The position numbers and the translations under genes are program-made. The notes beneath the pieces were generated by a model that made no database searches, had not been told where the DNA came from, and was given only the letters and a program-made list of their open reading frames with translations. From assembly GCA_040285855.1 (NCBI GenBank), contig JAUFOQ010000004.1, positions 1,550,001 through 1,614,000 on the forward strand: 64,000 nucleotides of DNA, read 5' to 3'. The first letter of the stretch is position 1, and every line of letters starts with the position of its first letter. Positions 24,201 to 38,800 of the stretch are shown piece by piece. Origin of the DNA: Eukaryota sp. GEM-RC1. Taxonomy: Eukaryota.

Positions 24201-27200
24201 TCGTCTTTAATTACTCCGAATGTGTAATTCATGGTAAATCAGAAACTTTGTTTTTTGTTCACTCTTTAATTCATTTAGATAAGTCAGTTATAAGTTATTC
24301 TGGCAATTCTCTACATTTGTTTAATTTATCTATCATCAACTCAGTGTTTGATTTGTCATCAGTTGATAATCTTTCATTTAACGAATTAGCAATGTATCAA
24401 AATTCTACAATTGCAGATTATAATCACCTCTCGATTGCTTATTTTCATTGGTTTGATGGGGTGATATATCAATCTCAATCAATCAGATTAATGAACTTGT
24501 TTCTTTATGGAGAATCTAAAAGTTTACTCCACAATTCTCTAACAATTGAAAATGAACTCTATTTCAGAAACTCCCTTACTTTTTTCACTTCTGGTCTCTC
24601 TTTAATTAATCTTTCTGTTACTTGTTTTCCTGGTTCAGAACTTATTCTTGATTCATCTTTTGATGATAGTTTACTTGAAGTCGAAAACCAGTTGTATTTA
24701 ACTTCTATATGTTCTGTCACTTCGCTATTACCAGTTCAAAGTACTGGTATTATTGTTGTTGGAAATGACTCTCTATTGACTCTGTATAAGAATGTAGAAA
24801 CAACTAATGTAGTAGTGATTCTTCCCAAAGGTGAGCTAGTTCTAAGGAATTGTACAGTTAGATTCGACGATTCGGATCAACTTCTACACCCAGAATTATT
24901 TTTGTATTACAGTTGGGTTACGTCATTGAATCAAATCGATTTGTCGAAGATTCTATATCCGGTGTCAACGATAATTGAAGGACCAGAGTGGAAATTCGAT
25001 TCTTTGGGCGGTTATCTTGATATCACTCCTGGTAACACTCTCCATATTCCAAATATTCCTGGAGAATTTGGTTGGAGAGATGCCTCCATTCTTTGTGGAT
25101 GTACTGGGAAGAAGGAGGAATTGGGTTTACATCGGGAGATTCCATCTGTAAGTTCCACATACGTACCAACAGAGTGGATTGGGGCATGTTTTCTAGAACG
25201 TACTCTTTTCCTTTAGATCAATGGTTCCATTTGGTTATAACCTTTGATCAATCAAATTTACTCATTTATATTAATGGAATTCAGGAGAGTTCGTTGCAAT
25301 CAGATAATGGTTACAAGTGTTCTAATAGTTATCCATCTTATTTTTCTCTTTCAGGTATTATTGGGTCAAGTTTTCGTTTCAAAGGAAGAATTCGTGAAGT
25401 TCAAGTTTTCAATAAGACTTTAACATCTTCTGAAATTGGTGAGTTGAATTTTAGTATTTCTAGTTTTGGCGGATGGGGTAAACTATCACTTTTGAACAGC
25501 AAAATGGTATATTATAATAGTGTGTTTGGTATCAAGTCTTTATCTTTGACTTCATCAATTCTTCACTTTGATACCGTCACTTTTATTGAATTGGGGACCC
25601 TGAAACTTGATTTCAGTGAGCTTCATTATGACGTGATTGATTTTACAGCGGAAGTTACAATTGATTCGATCTTTCTTACCAACACTTCTTCTATTATTAC
25701 TGATGCATCTTTCTACGTAAACAATTTGTATTGGTTTGATGGTGATTTCATATTCTGCAGTAGTTTTGTTTTACAAAATTTGTTTCTTTACGGTGAATCC
25801 AAAATTGGATATCAAAGTTCTCTAATTCTTGAAAATGAACTGTATTTCAACAATTCTCTAACTTTTTCACTTTCCCATCTTGCATTGATTGCTGTTTCTG
25901 TTTCTTGTTTTCCTGGTTCAGAACTTGTTCTTGATTCCTCATCCTTTGACGACGGTTTACTGGAAGTCAAGAACTTTCTTCATTTAAGTTCTAATTGCTC
26001 ATTCACTTCGCTGTTACCAGTTCAAAGTTCTGGCATTATTAGTGTTGCAAATCACTCATTCATCACTCTTTACAATGTCTTAAGGGCCACTGGTATGTTC
26101 ATGATTTTTCATAAAGGTGAGTTAGTTTTGAAGAACAGTATCATTACATTTGAAGGGTCTGGTCCTTACTTACACTCAGACCTATTTTTGTACTATAACT
26201 GGATTAATTCATCTAATCCTGTTGATCTGTCACAAAATCATGATCTCAATGCAATCGTAATTGATGGACCAGAGTGGAAATCTGACGATATCGGTGGCTA
26301 TTTAGATGTCAAACCTGGTGACACTCTCCATATTCCAAATATTCCTGGAACTCAAGGTTGGAGAGATGCTTCAATGTCTCTGTGGATTTACTTTGAAGAA
26401 GGAGGAATGGGTTTTAACTTGGGTAGCCCTTGTAGGTTTTACATAACAACTACAAGGATCTTTTGGGGTAGTAATTGGGAGTCGATTACGTGTCCCCTTA
26501 ACAAGTGGTTTCGTTTAGCTATTGCATTTGGTTCGTCGGAAGCACGTATTTATTTTGATGGTGTATATCAGACTTCTTTCGTTCCCAATACTCCTTACAA
26601 CTGTGTTAATAGTCATTCTTCTTATTTTCCTCTTTCAGAAGTTAAAGGTTCAATTATTCAGTTCACAGGAAAAATTCGAATTATTCAAATATTGACCACG
26701 AAACTATCAATTTCTGACTTCAATCAATTAACCTTTGACATTCCTCAAGGTATACGAGGCCGTGGTCAACTTTCTTTTGTTGATTCCAAAGTGAACTTTA
26801 TATCATCACATTTTTCCCCTCGATTACTTTCTTTAACTGGCACCATTCTACAATCAAATAATTTAATTTTTGAAAATTTACAACAAGCGGAGCTTTACAG
26901 TCAGTCGATTTTAGACATAGGTAAAGACTCTGTAATTCTTTCTGATTCACTTAGAATAATTTTAGATTCAAGTGAACTTCTATTTGATCAATCAGTGAAC
27001 ATTTCTTCATCAACTCTTAGTTTGATCGCATCGAACAGTCGATTTCAGAATGATTTTGACTTTGCCAATATCAATGTCTTAGATTTGTCATTTTCCACTT
27101 TCGAGTCTTTTAGTGATACGAGAATACGTATAGCTTATTTCTCTTGTATTCATTGTCAAATACTAGGAAATTATTCTTTGTTGATTCATTCTTCTTCTGA

Positions 27201-30200
27201 AATTAATTCAGGAAATTTCTCGTCTTTAATTATTTTTCAGGAATCAGTCGGTACTTCATTAATCAGTGGCCAAGTTCAATTGGCTGACTGTTTTGAGTTC
27301 TTGAATCACGTGATTCTTGATGACGTGTCAGTTTCAGAATTTCTGACTTCTTCCGATGGATCTATAACTTGTCATTCCGATGTTTTGATGAGAAATGATG
27401 TACGAATTTCTTCTGTATTTTTTGTCTTCAACGATACATTGACTTTCTTTGATGCAACTTTCCAATTCGAAGAGCTTTTTCAATTATTTGACTTTCAAAC
27501 TGTAATGGGATTTGGTACTATTGTCACGAATTGTTTAAATTTTGGAAGATTATATCCCTCTTCTATCTTCACTTTTGAACATGATCTTTCTCTTTCTCCT
27601 TCTTCCAGCATTTTTCTTAAAGTTAATAACGACAGTACTTCTACTCAATTAATTGTTGGTTCAACTGCTCATTTAGATGGAATATTGGAAATAGAATTTG
27701 ATACAAATCATGATTCAATAAGTCAAAATTATACTCTTATAGAGTCTGGTCTAATTAATGGAAGATTTAGTACTATAATTAATCCTTGTGCTTCACTTAT
27801 ATCTATGATTTATTCAAGAACTTCTCTTATTGTCTCTGTAAATGATTATGTAGCGAACTTAAATCAAGTTTCTTACATTTCTACTTATGGGGTTGATGAT
27901 TCGTGTTGCGGATCTTTTAACAGTCCTTGTGCTTCTTTTAAAGGAGTTTTAGAAAGAATGGGACGAAAAGGGAAGGTTTATTTTCATAGTGGTTACTATT
28001 TTCTTAATCACGGATTGGGAAGTGTCACTAATGTTGATTGGGAAGTGATTGGTCTTGGTGACGTCTTCATTGAAGGAATTGATGAGACTATATTTGAGAT
28101 TTTTGATTCAGTTTTTATTCTATCAAATTTTGTTATTAAGACCTCCACTTCAAATGCTTTTCACATTTCAAATTCAACTGTTAATATCAATGATTCTATT
28201 TCTAGATCTTCTTGTTCATCTATTGATGGACTTGTGGTTAATTCTATTTTAAATATTCTTTCCTCGGTTTTTTCTTCTTTTTCCTTTGAAATTACTTCAT
28301 CAGAAGTTGACTTTTCTGATTCTGTCTTTCACGGTTTTGTTCCAGACTTTGTTGTTTCCAATTCATCTTCAATCACAGTTTCTACTTCTTCTTTCTATAA
28401 TATAACCACAAATTCCTTGTTTAACACGAAATTCTCAAATCTATTTATTTCACAATCGTACTTTTCTGAAATCACGACAAATTCGTTGATCAATCTAAAT
28501 AATTCTCAATTAATATTCAGTCAGTGTGAAATTCTGCACTGCCATGGTGACGTGTTTGTTGATGGATATCATAACCTTTTAATGATTAAATATCTAGACC
28601 TCAAGTTTTCAAATTTTAGACAATGGTTTAATATCGTACACAGTTCATTTTATGGTCAAGATCTTCTATTAACTGGAAATCAATTTTAATGTTTTCTTTT
28701 TGAAAATTGTACAAATGTTGTTATGCAAAATGTTACTGTTATTGGATCATCTGTTGACTCTTTAATTTCTTTACAAAGTTCAAATATTTCGATTTCACAA
28801 TTAGCCATTCTGAATTCTACTGGAAACATTTTAGTTATTGCGTTTGATTCGGTCTCTGAATTAAATTCTTGTCTCGTACGTAATTCTAGTTTTAATTCGT
28901 TTCTACTTTTGACATTTTCTGATTTCAAAGCTATTTCAGTTCAATCAATGTTCTCGAATTATTCTAGTAATTTTTTGTCGTTGTCTAATTCTACAGCTAA
29001 CATCGATAACTTTGTGGTTTATGAAGTTTTTTCAACTATTTTCTTAAAATCTTTAGACTCTGTTACTGTATTGAAAAACACAGTCATTAAGAACTTTAAT
29101 TTTGTTTTCTTCTTAAATTTTTACCATTCCAATGTGACTTTTTTTAATTTATCAAAGACTGATTGTGTCTCTTCTTCACTTAATTATTCAGTGTATGACG
29201 TGATAATGGTAGACTCAGAATTTACTTTAGAAAACTCGAGTCTCTCTGGATGCGCTTCTAATAATCTTTTCAAAAATAGATTTTGTCTTGAGAATTCTCG
29301 GATTGTCTTAATTAATCTTGAAAGTTATCTATTCGTCTCTTCGTTTTCTTTAATCAATTCTAATTGTTCCGTCTATTCAAATTTTCCCATTATTTCAAAA
29401 TCATTGGAAATCGATGACGTATCAGTACTTATCGGTAGTCCCTCTGTGGTGGACCTTTCTGAATTGGCTACAAATATTTCAATTTCTCCATCAAAACAAT
29501 GTTGTAACACGTCAGTCTGTCAAGTTTCTTTACATTTCGAGGACATCTTTGTGTTGGAGAAACTATTGGTGATCTCTGTACAACATAGCCAAAGTCTTCA
29601 GGATTTTTATCATTCAGACTCTCTAAGCCTATTTTTGAACATTCTAAATCTTTCAATAATTCATCTCCTTCGGTGATTCTCACTTTTGCTATTGAACAGA
29701 TACTTTATGATATTCAATTAATTGTCCCTATTTGTCCTATTGAGTTTGTTAGTCTAGAACCTCCAACTAGAGGTGGATTTGTACCTCTGTTTGCTTTTAA
29801 TCTTGGGATAGACCCTATTGTCATTCATCATTCAACTGCTTGGATCAATGAAACTCTTGAATATTCTTCAAATAATCATCAAATTTTGAATATTTTATTT
29901 TTTGAGGGTCATGGTTGTCATGAAATGGTTATATCAAGATCAACTGATGTGGAAACTGTGTTCTTTCATTACTGTTTCAAACAACCTTTCATTGAATCTG
30001 TAAGTCCAAATCCTTTCCCTTTAACAGGAAAACTGATTTTAAAAGGATCAGATTTTTCCACAAATTTTGAATTTTTCTCTTTACTTTCCAGCTTTCCACA
30101 AGTTGATGTTTTTAATTATACCCATGATGAAATCATTTTAGATATTCCCTATATTTGTGACATCAATTCCACCAAATTTGAAATTGTATTAGTAATTGGA

Positions 30201-33200
30201 AATCAGTCTAGTAATTCTTATCAACTCAATTTTGGTCCACCAAGAGTTACTTATCAACCTGTTCCTCTGTCCCCTACTGGTGAAACTATTCTTTTACATG
30301 GTCCAAATTTCTCGAAAATGTTTAATTGTTTTCCCAATTCATATATTGAATTTGCTGTTAGTACTGCTTCATTCAACATCTCATCTGATAGTGAAATGAC
30401 TGTTAGATCTGGGGAGTTATATGGATCAACAGAGTTTGTAATCTTAATCGAATTTTTCAAAGATTTTAATTTTTTAATTTCTATACCAGTTACTTCGTTT
30501 ATTGCTAGAAACACTTCTTATGTTTGTTTTGTTGGTTTAGCTTGTGAAATTGATGTCTACAGTTATTTGGAAACTTTCTCGTTTCTCGAAACTTACATTG
30601 AACCTAATGTACCTGATAGTATTTACTTTCTTTATTTTGGTTCAACTGAATCATCTGCTGTTGTTACATTTATTTCATATGTTCCTGGAGTTCCACAGGA
30701 TTTGAAAATCTGTGCCAATTTTGGTTGTTTCTCTATTTTTAACTTACCTTTTGTTGTTCAACCGGCTTATTTATCTCCAAAGCATGTCCAATGGTTAAAT
30801 GAACCTCTAGCTACCGAAGTTCTTGTTGAAGTTGAGGGCATTTCCTCGTATTGTTTCTATGATATCCAAAACAGTTTTTATTTTGACAATTGTGAATCAT
30901 TTCTATCTGATGTAACTGAATCTTCTCTAATTTTTAATGTTGAGTTTTACAGTACGGGTATATGTACTTTAATGGGGGTTTCATTTTTGGATGTTTTTCC
31001 TATAAGTCTTTCCGTTGAAGCTAAGAATTTTGTTATTTTTCCTCCAGAAGTCAACCTTAATTCGCGTATTGAATTTATACTTACTGAAGATATTCATGAT
31101 CTCTTCATATCATATGGAAATCAAAATGTTCCGGTTAATTTGGGAACAAATATTGTAAATTTGATGGATTCATCTTCTTTTATCACTCTTTACAGATTCT
31201 CTCAGTCAACGAATATAAGCTCTGTTGCTGAACTGCTTCATTCTGAGATCCCCACAGTAGTTGAGGTCAACTATCATCAATCACATTTGATTGATTTAAA
31301 TCTGATCAAGTTTGATTTGGAGATCAGTTGTTCCGATAATTGTGATCTAAATTTACATTATCTTCAAAATTCCACATTAATTCATTTCTTAGGGATCGAC
31401 CCCGGATTAATTTATATTGAGTTTTTAGCATTTTATCTCACTTCCAGTTTTTATTTTCAATTACCAATTACTGTAGAAAGTCCGCCAGTATTTGAACTTT
31501 TCAGTCCAAATGTTGTTACGACATTTGATGATTCTCTCATAGTCGTTTACAGTTACTCATATTTTAACTTAAACTCTACTTTTTTGATTGATAATTCTGA
31601 AATTGAACCTACTACTGTTGAGCTCATCTCTAGTTCTGATTCCTTCTTTGTTTACAGATTTGAACTAAATCTTACTTCCATGTCAGTTTTTGAAGGGGAG
31701 TATGCTCAAGACCTATGTTGGACTCAAATAGGCTTCAAAAGACAGCTCGTTTCAGAAATTCAATTTTTCAATTTGGAATTCAGTAGTAACGATCACGTCA
31801 GTGTTTTTGAACATCGTGATATTTCTGTTGACTTCCGAGGAAATCTTACTTCAAACGTGACTTGTTCTATTGATGATCAAATGTTCTTTGGAAAAGTTGC
31901 TGATAACGTGCTGGTTTGCGAAAATGTTAGAATTCCAACTTTTCAACAACACGTGTGGGTTGACGTTTACTATGATCACTTTCTTTTGAATTCTTTTGAA
32001 CTTTCTGGTGAGGCTTTTTTTGGAGGATGTTTGTTTCATCTCTTTTCTACATCACCCGTTAGTGAAATTCTCAGATATTATTTCAACTCGTAAAACAATT
32101 TTAATTTTTGATGGTTCAAGGTGTTGTAGTGTTGATGTTTCCTATTGCTCCGAATTCGTTTACATTAATGAGATGATTTCTTTCTCTTTTCAATCAAATT
32201 TTGACATTTTTCACGTTATAATCACGTCAAATTCTAGTTGTGAGGGTATTGACTCCGGTCTTCCTTTTGGACTGATTGTCAACAATCAAACTCTTTCCAC
32301 TTCCGTTTCTTGTAAACAAATTCCCAGTGGATATTCATTTGCATCAATGTGTGAAATAGATTTAATCTTACCAAATACTTCTGAGTTTACTCTAGTAGCT
32401 CTAGAAGATGTTTACTTACTAGAAGTAGAGTTTTATGGATACAAATCTAATACTTGTTTTAAACCTTTTCATTGGGAAAAGGTGTTACTTCATTAGGAGG
32501 AATAATTGATGAAGTTGTTAAATTGAAATTTAATAATCAATCTTTTGATTCAATATCGGAATTCAAACAATTCGTGGTTGATGATTCAACTTTCTGGTCA
32601 TCCTCTTTTATTACTTTTCCCACTGAGTTATATTCTTCTTATTGTTATTATTCTACTGTTAGTTGTTCAACTGTTTTGACTGCTTCATCAGCATCTTCTG
32701 TAATCTTTCTAGCTTCAGAAGTACAACTAAATCCTCAATTTTTAAACATTTCTATTCCGATAATGTGTGTCGATCCTTTGAATTTCGTTGTTAACTGTTT
32801 TGAAATGTTTACATTAACGACTTCCACATTTGAATTTCTTAATTTTCAATTTTTAAACAATTCATTGATTTTCTCTTTCATGAATATGATCATACTAGGA
32901 GACCATCATCTGTCAATTACTTATGATCAAAGTCAATTTTACTGGAATGTAACTATTGTCCAAAATTTTAATGAAATATTTAAAGTTAGTCATTTTGAAA
33001 CTAGTCCGTGTGATCATCATTTTACTTTTAGATAATGGTTGTACATTAGTGCATTTTTCATGTGTATTGATTACTCAAAATCCTTTTTCAAATAATTCAA
33101 GGACCATTATAATTTCAGATTTAAATATTGGACTTGATTCTGACACGTCAGTTTTGCATGTTGTTAATGGATCCACTTTGGAGATCATTGGACCTCCACG

Positions 33201-34438
33201 TCAATCAATGACGATTACACTTTCCTATTCATCCCAATCTGCGACTGTCGGTCTAGTTACAAATGATTGTCACTTTCCTAAATTGAATTCTGGACATGGA
33301 TGTTTATGTCCAAAAGGAATGGAATTTAATTTTCTTGGTGAATGTGTTGAATGTCCTTTAAATTATTTTTCAAATTCAGAATTTAATTCAGAATGTAGAT
33401 CTTGTCATTTTCCTAGAATAACTCTTCAAAAAGGTTCTAGTGATCTTGACCATTGTGTTTGTCCTTTAAACACTCTAGATTCTGTAGATTCTTGTTTACC
33501 TTGTCCTCATTTAGCTGAATGTGGATATGGAAATTTGACTGGAATTGAATCTGGTTTTAGATTAAATACTGATACCTGGGAACTAGATGAGTGTGTTTTT
33601 TGTTCAATTGTCATGAGAATTCTTGCAGATCACGTCATGCTTATGGAGATTTGTGTCAATATTGTACTAAAGATGCTGTTTCTAGTCGAATTTATTGTAT
33701 TGGAAAAGAACATTCAGTGTATAAGCTTATCTTTTGATAATTTTCATACTCATTCTTTTTGTTACTGATAGGTTTTCCATGATTTATCTTCAGTCCAAAG
33801 TAATGCCTCATGTGTTACGGTTAGCCACTTCTTCGTTGTCGTTTTTCCGTTCTTCTCATATTCTGAAACAATATTTCAATTATTGTAATATTTTCAATAT
33901 TTTTATATTCTCACTTTCTATGGTGACTTACAAAAGAGTTTCTGTAAGTTTAATTCTTTTTGAGTATATGTCTTCGCTGTTTTATTTAGACAGCTCAATG
34001 TTAGTGTTAGTGTTATTAATTACTTCATTGTCCTTTGTTTCAAGGTTTTATTTCATTAATTATCTGAAGTTCAAATCATTTAATGTTTTTCATAGCATCT
34101 TCTTTACTGGAGCAGCCTTGTTTTCAGTTAACTACATTTTTGGAGTCTTTATGACTCATTTGTCGTCACAACGGCAAAATTCGGTATCATTTGTTTTTGC
34201 ATTTATTCACATATTGTTTATTGTTTTTGTTTTATTTGCTCAACGAACCCAGTCTTATTTCATTTCTCTTTTGGGTTATTGTTTCATAATCTTTGGAGAA
34301 TTGCTACCTAATTTAGTCTATTTTATTGTTCAAACAGTTGTATTGGTTTGTATTTACTGTATTTCTACTTCTATTGAACGATTGTTTATCGGAATAGCTT
34401 GTTTAGTTTCTGTTTATCATCTATTTGGGTTTGCATGA
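21276..34438 (+). CDS. Giant (~4,400 aa) surface protein paralog 1: signal peptide, RCC1 repeats, 3x LamG/pentraxin-like modules, beta-helix-like repeats, IPT/TIG-like, Cys-rich repeats, multi-TM C-terminus; several frameshifts
   Basis: MMFAVLLLFFGHAIC signal peptide; WGxNxxGQLG repeats; three FLYYxW..IPNIPG..WFHLxxTF..YING modules; GVDDSCCGSFNSPCAS; CLCPKG..CVECPLNYFS..CVCP; hydrophobic last ~250 aa. ORFs abut or overlap at single-base shifts. Confidence 0.75.
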
Positions 34439-34520
34439 ATTCTCCCAGATTGGGCTAGAATCTTGTTGAACAAATTATGGAAGCCTATTGAACTAGTTAT
34501 ACATATTTCTAATACATTCT

Positions 34521-34569
34521 AAAAAAACGGGGTTTATGATCAGTCAGTGAAATAAATGCATTTGCAGAA
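34521..34569 (+). repeat. Copy of the upstream sequence of giant gene 1 (21180-21228)
   Basis: AAAAAAACGGGGTTTATGATCAGTCA(T/G)TGAAATAAATGCATTTGCAGAA, 49 bp with 1 mismatch. Confidence 0.85.
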
Positions 34570-34577
34570 GTTAATAA

Positions 34578-34810
34578 CTAACAGACACTAACTAAAGTAT
34601 CTAAACTATGATCCTTCTGTCCATCACCGAACAACTTACCTAAAATTGAATTACAATATCTGTGCATTGAACGAAACAACGCAAACGTTAACCTACTCAA
34701 CCAAAAAATTTCATTGAAAACTTTACCATACTCAGAACACAATTTACCAAAGGAAGTTAAAAAACCTTGTGCAGCTGGTCCAATATTGCCGTATATCGAC
34801 ATCGCAAAGG
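34578..34810 (-). mobile_element. 3'-terminal fragment of another REL-type non-LTR retrotransposon
   Basis: FAMSIYGNIGPAAQGFL..FWLSRLTFALFR parallels PFAISIYGRFG..FWQNRIVF of the element at 59060-59200. Confidence 0.65.
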
Positions 34811-35837
34811 TTGAAACACAAAAGAATTGTGCATATCAATACATTCTTGGGGATCACTGATATATAATCCAACAGTAGTTAGATTATAACAAATAAACAC
34901 AATGATTGTTGCTGTTTTGATACAAATAGAACAACTCTATCACTGAGATTACTAGTAGACTGATATGGGAATCTCTGTACATCTAAAATACTCAATAAAT
35001 GCTTTAACATTCTGTACAACAATTGGACTGACTTATACCATACCAATGTAGATTAGTCAGATGAAGTAAGTTTGCGTCTGGAAATTGGATCATGAACTGA
35101 AAAAGGAAACGATGATCGAACTCAGAAGGTAGTGAAAATAGAGCTTATCTGCTGACTTTAATGCTTTTAAGAAAAAAAAGCATTTAAAAAATGAAATATA
35201 ACAATTGATAGCACCAGAAGGAACATGGTTCATATGATCAATCTCCATAATTAACGATTTGGAATAATTTTGATTTTGTGATTTCACCGCCGATCGTGAA
35301 TATAGTCTAAATCACCAGTTGTGTAAAGAGAGTAGGAGATTAGATATCATAAATTTAGTCTGCTTAACCATCGGTGCAGCTTTAGAGTGGCACTCTCTGT
35401 GGAAGAGCTCATTGTTGACAATGCTTTGGAGACGAGTGTAATTGTTATTACATACACAGTAAAGTCAGCACACTTCAGAACTATCCCAAGACCAAAAACG
35501 TGTACATATCAGTTCTCCCAATTTCTAAAATTAGGCTCCAAATTGATCCCAATACTAGATCAATCAACAGTATAAAGTCATCAGTGATTCCAAGCTAACG
35601 TTCGCTCTTAAGAAACGCACAGAAGAGATTATTGTTACGCTTCTTTTAATAAATCAATAAATCGCTTTAAAAATGAATGGGTTTGTATATTAAACATCAT
35701 TAAGCTATGATATAATATTTCCACAGATTTCAATTTATAATCATGCAATACGAACCTATGGACATCAGATAATATATTAATTATAACACATAAATTACTT
35801 GAGTTCCTTGAATCAACAGAACGGTCAACTGGGATTT

Positions 35838-38800
35838 CCACAGTTAACTTTCTACTCTGATTTGAATGTTAATGTTACTTTCGATGGAAATTTTAAATTA
35901 ATTAAGACATTCTTATTTCTCTGTGTGGATTCTCTGTTAAATTCAAATATTGAAATCGACCAAGATTCCAAATCATCCTTCATTTCATCCTCTTCTACTC
36001 TAGGTTACGGGCCTCAATTGTTTCTTTATTACGACTGGTCAGATAGTCCTTCTGAAAATGATCTTTCTGGTAATAATAATAACCTATTAGAAGTTTTTGG
36101 TGCTGAATGGAAACCTGATGGTTATTACCAATTTGAAAGTAACTCGGACACTCTGAATATTCCAAATATTCCGGGCAAATTTGGATGGCAATCTGCTACA
36201 ATTTCTCTCTTAATTTGGTTTGATTCCGCCAATACAAATAGATTCGGTCTTGATTCATGTGGATGCGGACTTCAACTAGGTAATTACTTTGCATATGGAT
36301 GTGATGGTTCTTCATCATTTGATCTTCCACGGAACCAATGGATCAACGTAGTATTGACTACCTCAGGTGATGAAGCCAGGCTTTATATTAATGGAAAGTT
36401 GGTTGAAACCATATATTCGGAGTTTCATTGTGAAACTGTTTCTGATTTCTTTTCTTTAGGACATCGATCTTCTTATTCATCTGGACAATGGGTGGCTCAT
36501 TCAACTTCTGTCTTTAGAGGAAGAATTAAAAAGTGTTTATTCTTACTCGAACTCTCTCAAAAATTGAAATCCCGTCAGAGTTTGTGTTACCTCCTTCAAT
36601 TACTGGAATTGGTTCTATTCAATTAAAGAATTCTGAACTTACTTTATTAAATTAATCTTCGATAAGTTTCAGTGACTTGATTCTTGAGACTTCCATTCTG
36701 AATCTCTTTAGTTATATTTCTTTGTATCAACAATCTATATTTTCATTTAATTTTTCAGAAATCAATTTTTTGGGCAATTCTGAGACATTGTCGTTTCACA
36801 ACTCGTCTGTTCATGTTGATCGCTCTGTTATACATTGCTCTGATAGTTCACTGAATTTTTTTAATTTTTCTATCATCAACTCAGAGCTCGATTTGCCGTC
36901 AGTTGAATTCTTGACATTTAACAAGTTGTCATTGTTTCAAAATTCTAAAATTACCTCCTATCATACCCTTTCTATTGTTGACCTGCATTGGTTCGATGGT
37001 GAGCTCTATCTCTTTGAGTTAACCAAGTTGTGCAGATTGTTTCTCTATGGACAGTCTAAGTCTTGGCCACATTCACCTCTCTTGATTGAAAAAGGGTTAC
37101 ACTTCAATAACTCTTTAACATTCTCAACTTTTCATCTCAGTTTAAGTAATGTTTCTGCTAGTTGTTATCCTGATTCAGAACTTGTACTTGACCCACTACA
37201 TGCTACTCAAAGTTTTATTGAAATTGAGTCACAACTTAATTTAACTTCCAATTGTTCTCTAACTTCACTATTACCAGTTCAAAGTACTGGGATTATTGTA
37301 GTTGGAAATAATTCTGTATTGACTTTGTACAAGGACTTTAGTGCATCTAGTATGTTCATGATTCTTCCTAAAGGAGAGTTATTATTGAAGAACGGCAGTT
37401 TTACCTTTGGAGGTTCTGGTTTTGCTTCAAATACGGACTTATTTTTGTATTATAACTGGATTACGTCATTAAATCAAATCGACCTGTCTGGAACTCATGA
37501 TCCCAATGAAATCACAATCAATGGACCCAAATGGAAAACTGATAGCATTGGTGGCTATTTAGAAATTCAATCTGGTCAAACTCTCCATATTCCAAATATT
37601 CCTGGAACTCGAGGTTGGAGGGATGCTTCTATTTCTCTATGGATGTTTTTTAAAAAAGGAGGAATGGGCGTTTCTGGCGATAACCATTGTAGGTTTGTTA
37701 TTCGTGAAGATAGACTCTTCTGGGGTGGTACTTCCCGTGTTGTTACTTTTCCTGAGGAGTCGTGGTTCCATTTGGTCATTACTTTTGATCAAACAACAGC
37801 TTTTGTATATATTGATGGTTCTCTTGAAGAAACTCATAGTCCTAATAATCCTTACCATTGTTCTTCTCCCCATGGTAGTTTCCCTCTTTCAGAAGTAGAC
37901 GGTATAAGCACTTCATTTGATGGTAGAATTCGTGCTGTTCAAATCTTCACAAAAACTCTAACTGTTGCCGAGATTAATGAATTACATTTTAATTTCCCTG
38001 GTGTTGGAGGTTCGGGAAAACTATCATTGGTAGACTGTCGTGTGGTATATTTATGTAGTATTTTGGGAAGCAGTTATTTGTCACTAAGTTCATCCATCTT
38101 ACAATTAGATAGTTTTATTACAATTGAACTGAAATTACTGGAGCTGGATTCTAGTGAGCTTATCTATAACGGGACAAGTGCTGAAGTACTAATCAACATT
38201 GATTCTATTCGTTTAACGAATACGTCTGCTATTGTCACTAATGCGTCTCTTATTGTAAGTAATTTTCATTGGTTTAATGGTGAGTTGTTTTCTCCTGGTA
38301 TTCTGGATTTGAGGGGTTTGTTTCTATATGGAGAGTCTAAAACTTGGCCACAAAATTCTTTAATCCTTGAAAATGGACTGTTCTTCAATAATTCCCTAAC
38401 TTTTTCAATTCATCATCTCACTTTAAATACCGTTTCTGCCACTTGTTTTCCTGGTTCTGAACTTGTTCTTGATTCACCGTCGTTTAGTAAAAGTTCACTG
38501 GAGGTCAAGAATCAGCTTCACTTCACTTCCAATTGTGATCTCACTTCTCTATTACCTGTTCAAAGTACTGGTATTATTGCTGTAGGAAATGACTCTGTAA
38601 TGACTCTAAACCACGAACTCAAATCCTTTTTTCTCCTCTTCATTTCTTACAGTGGAGAACTTCTATTGACCAACACTTCTTTTACTCTTTCTAATGCCAG
38701 ATCGTACAGTCATGATCATCTCTTTTTGTACTATAATTGGGCACATTCTTTTAATGAATTCGATCTTTCAGGAAATCACTATTCTACTGCAATCATTATT

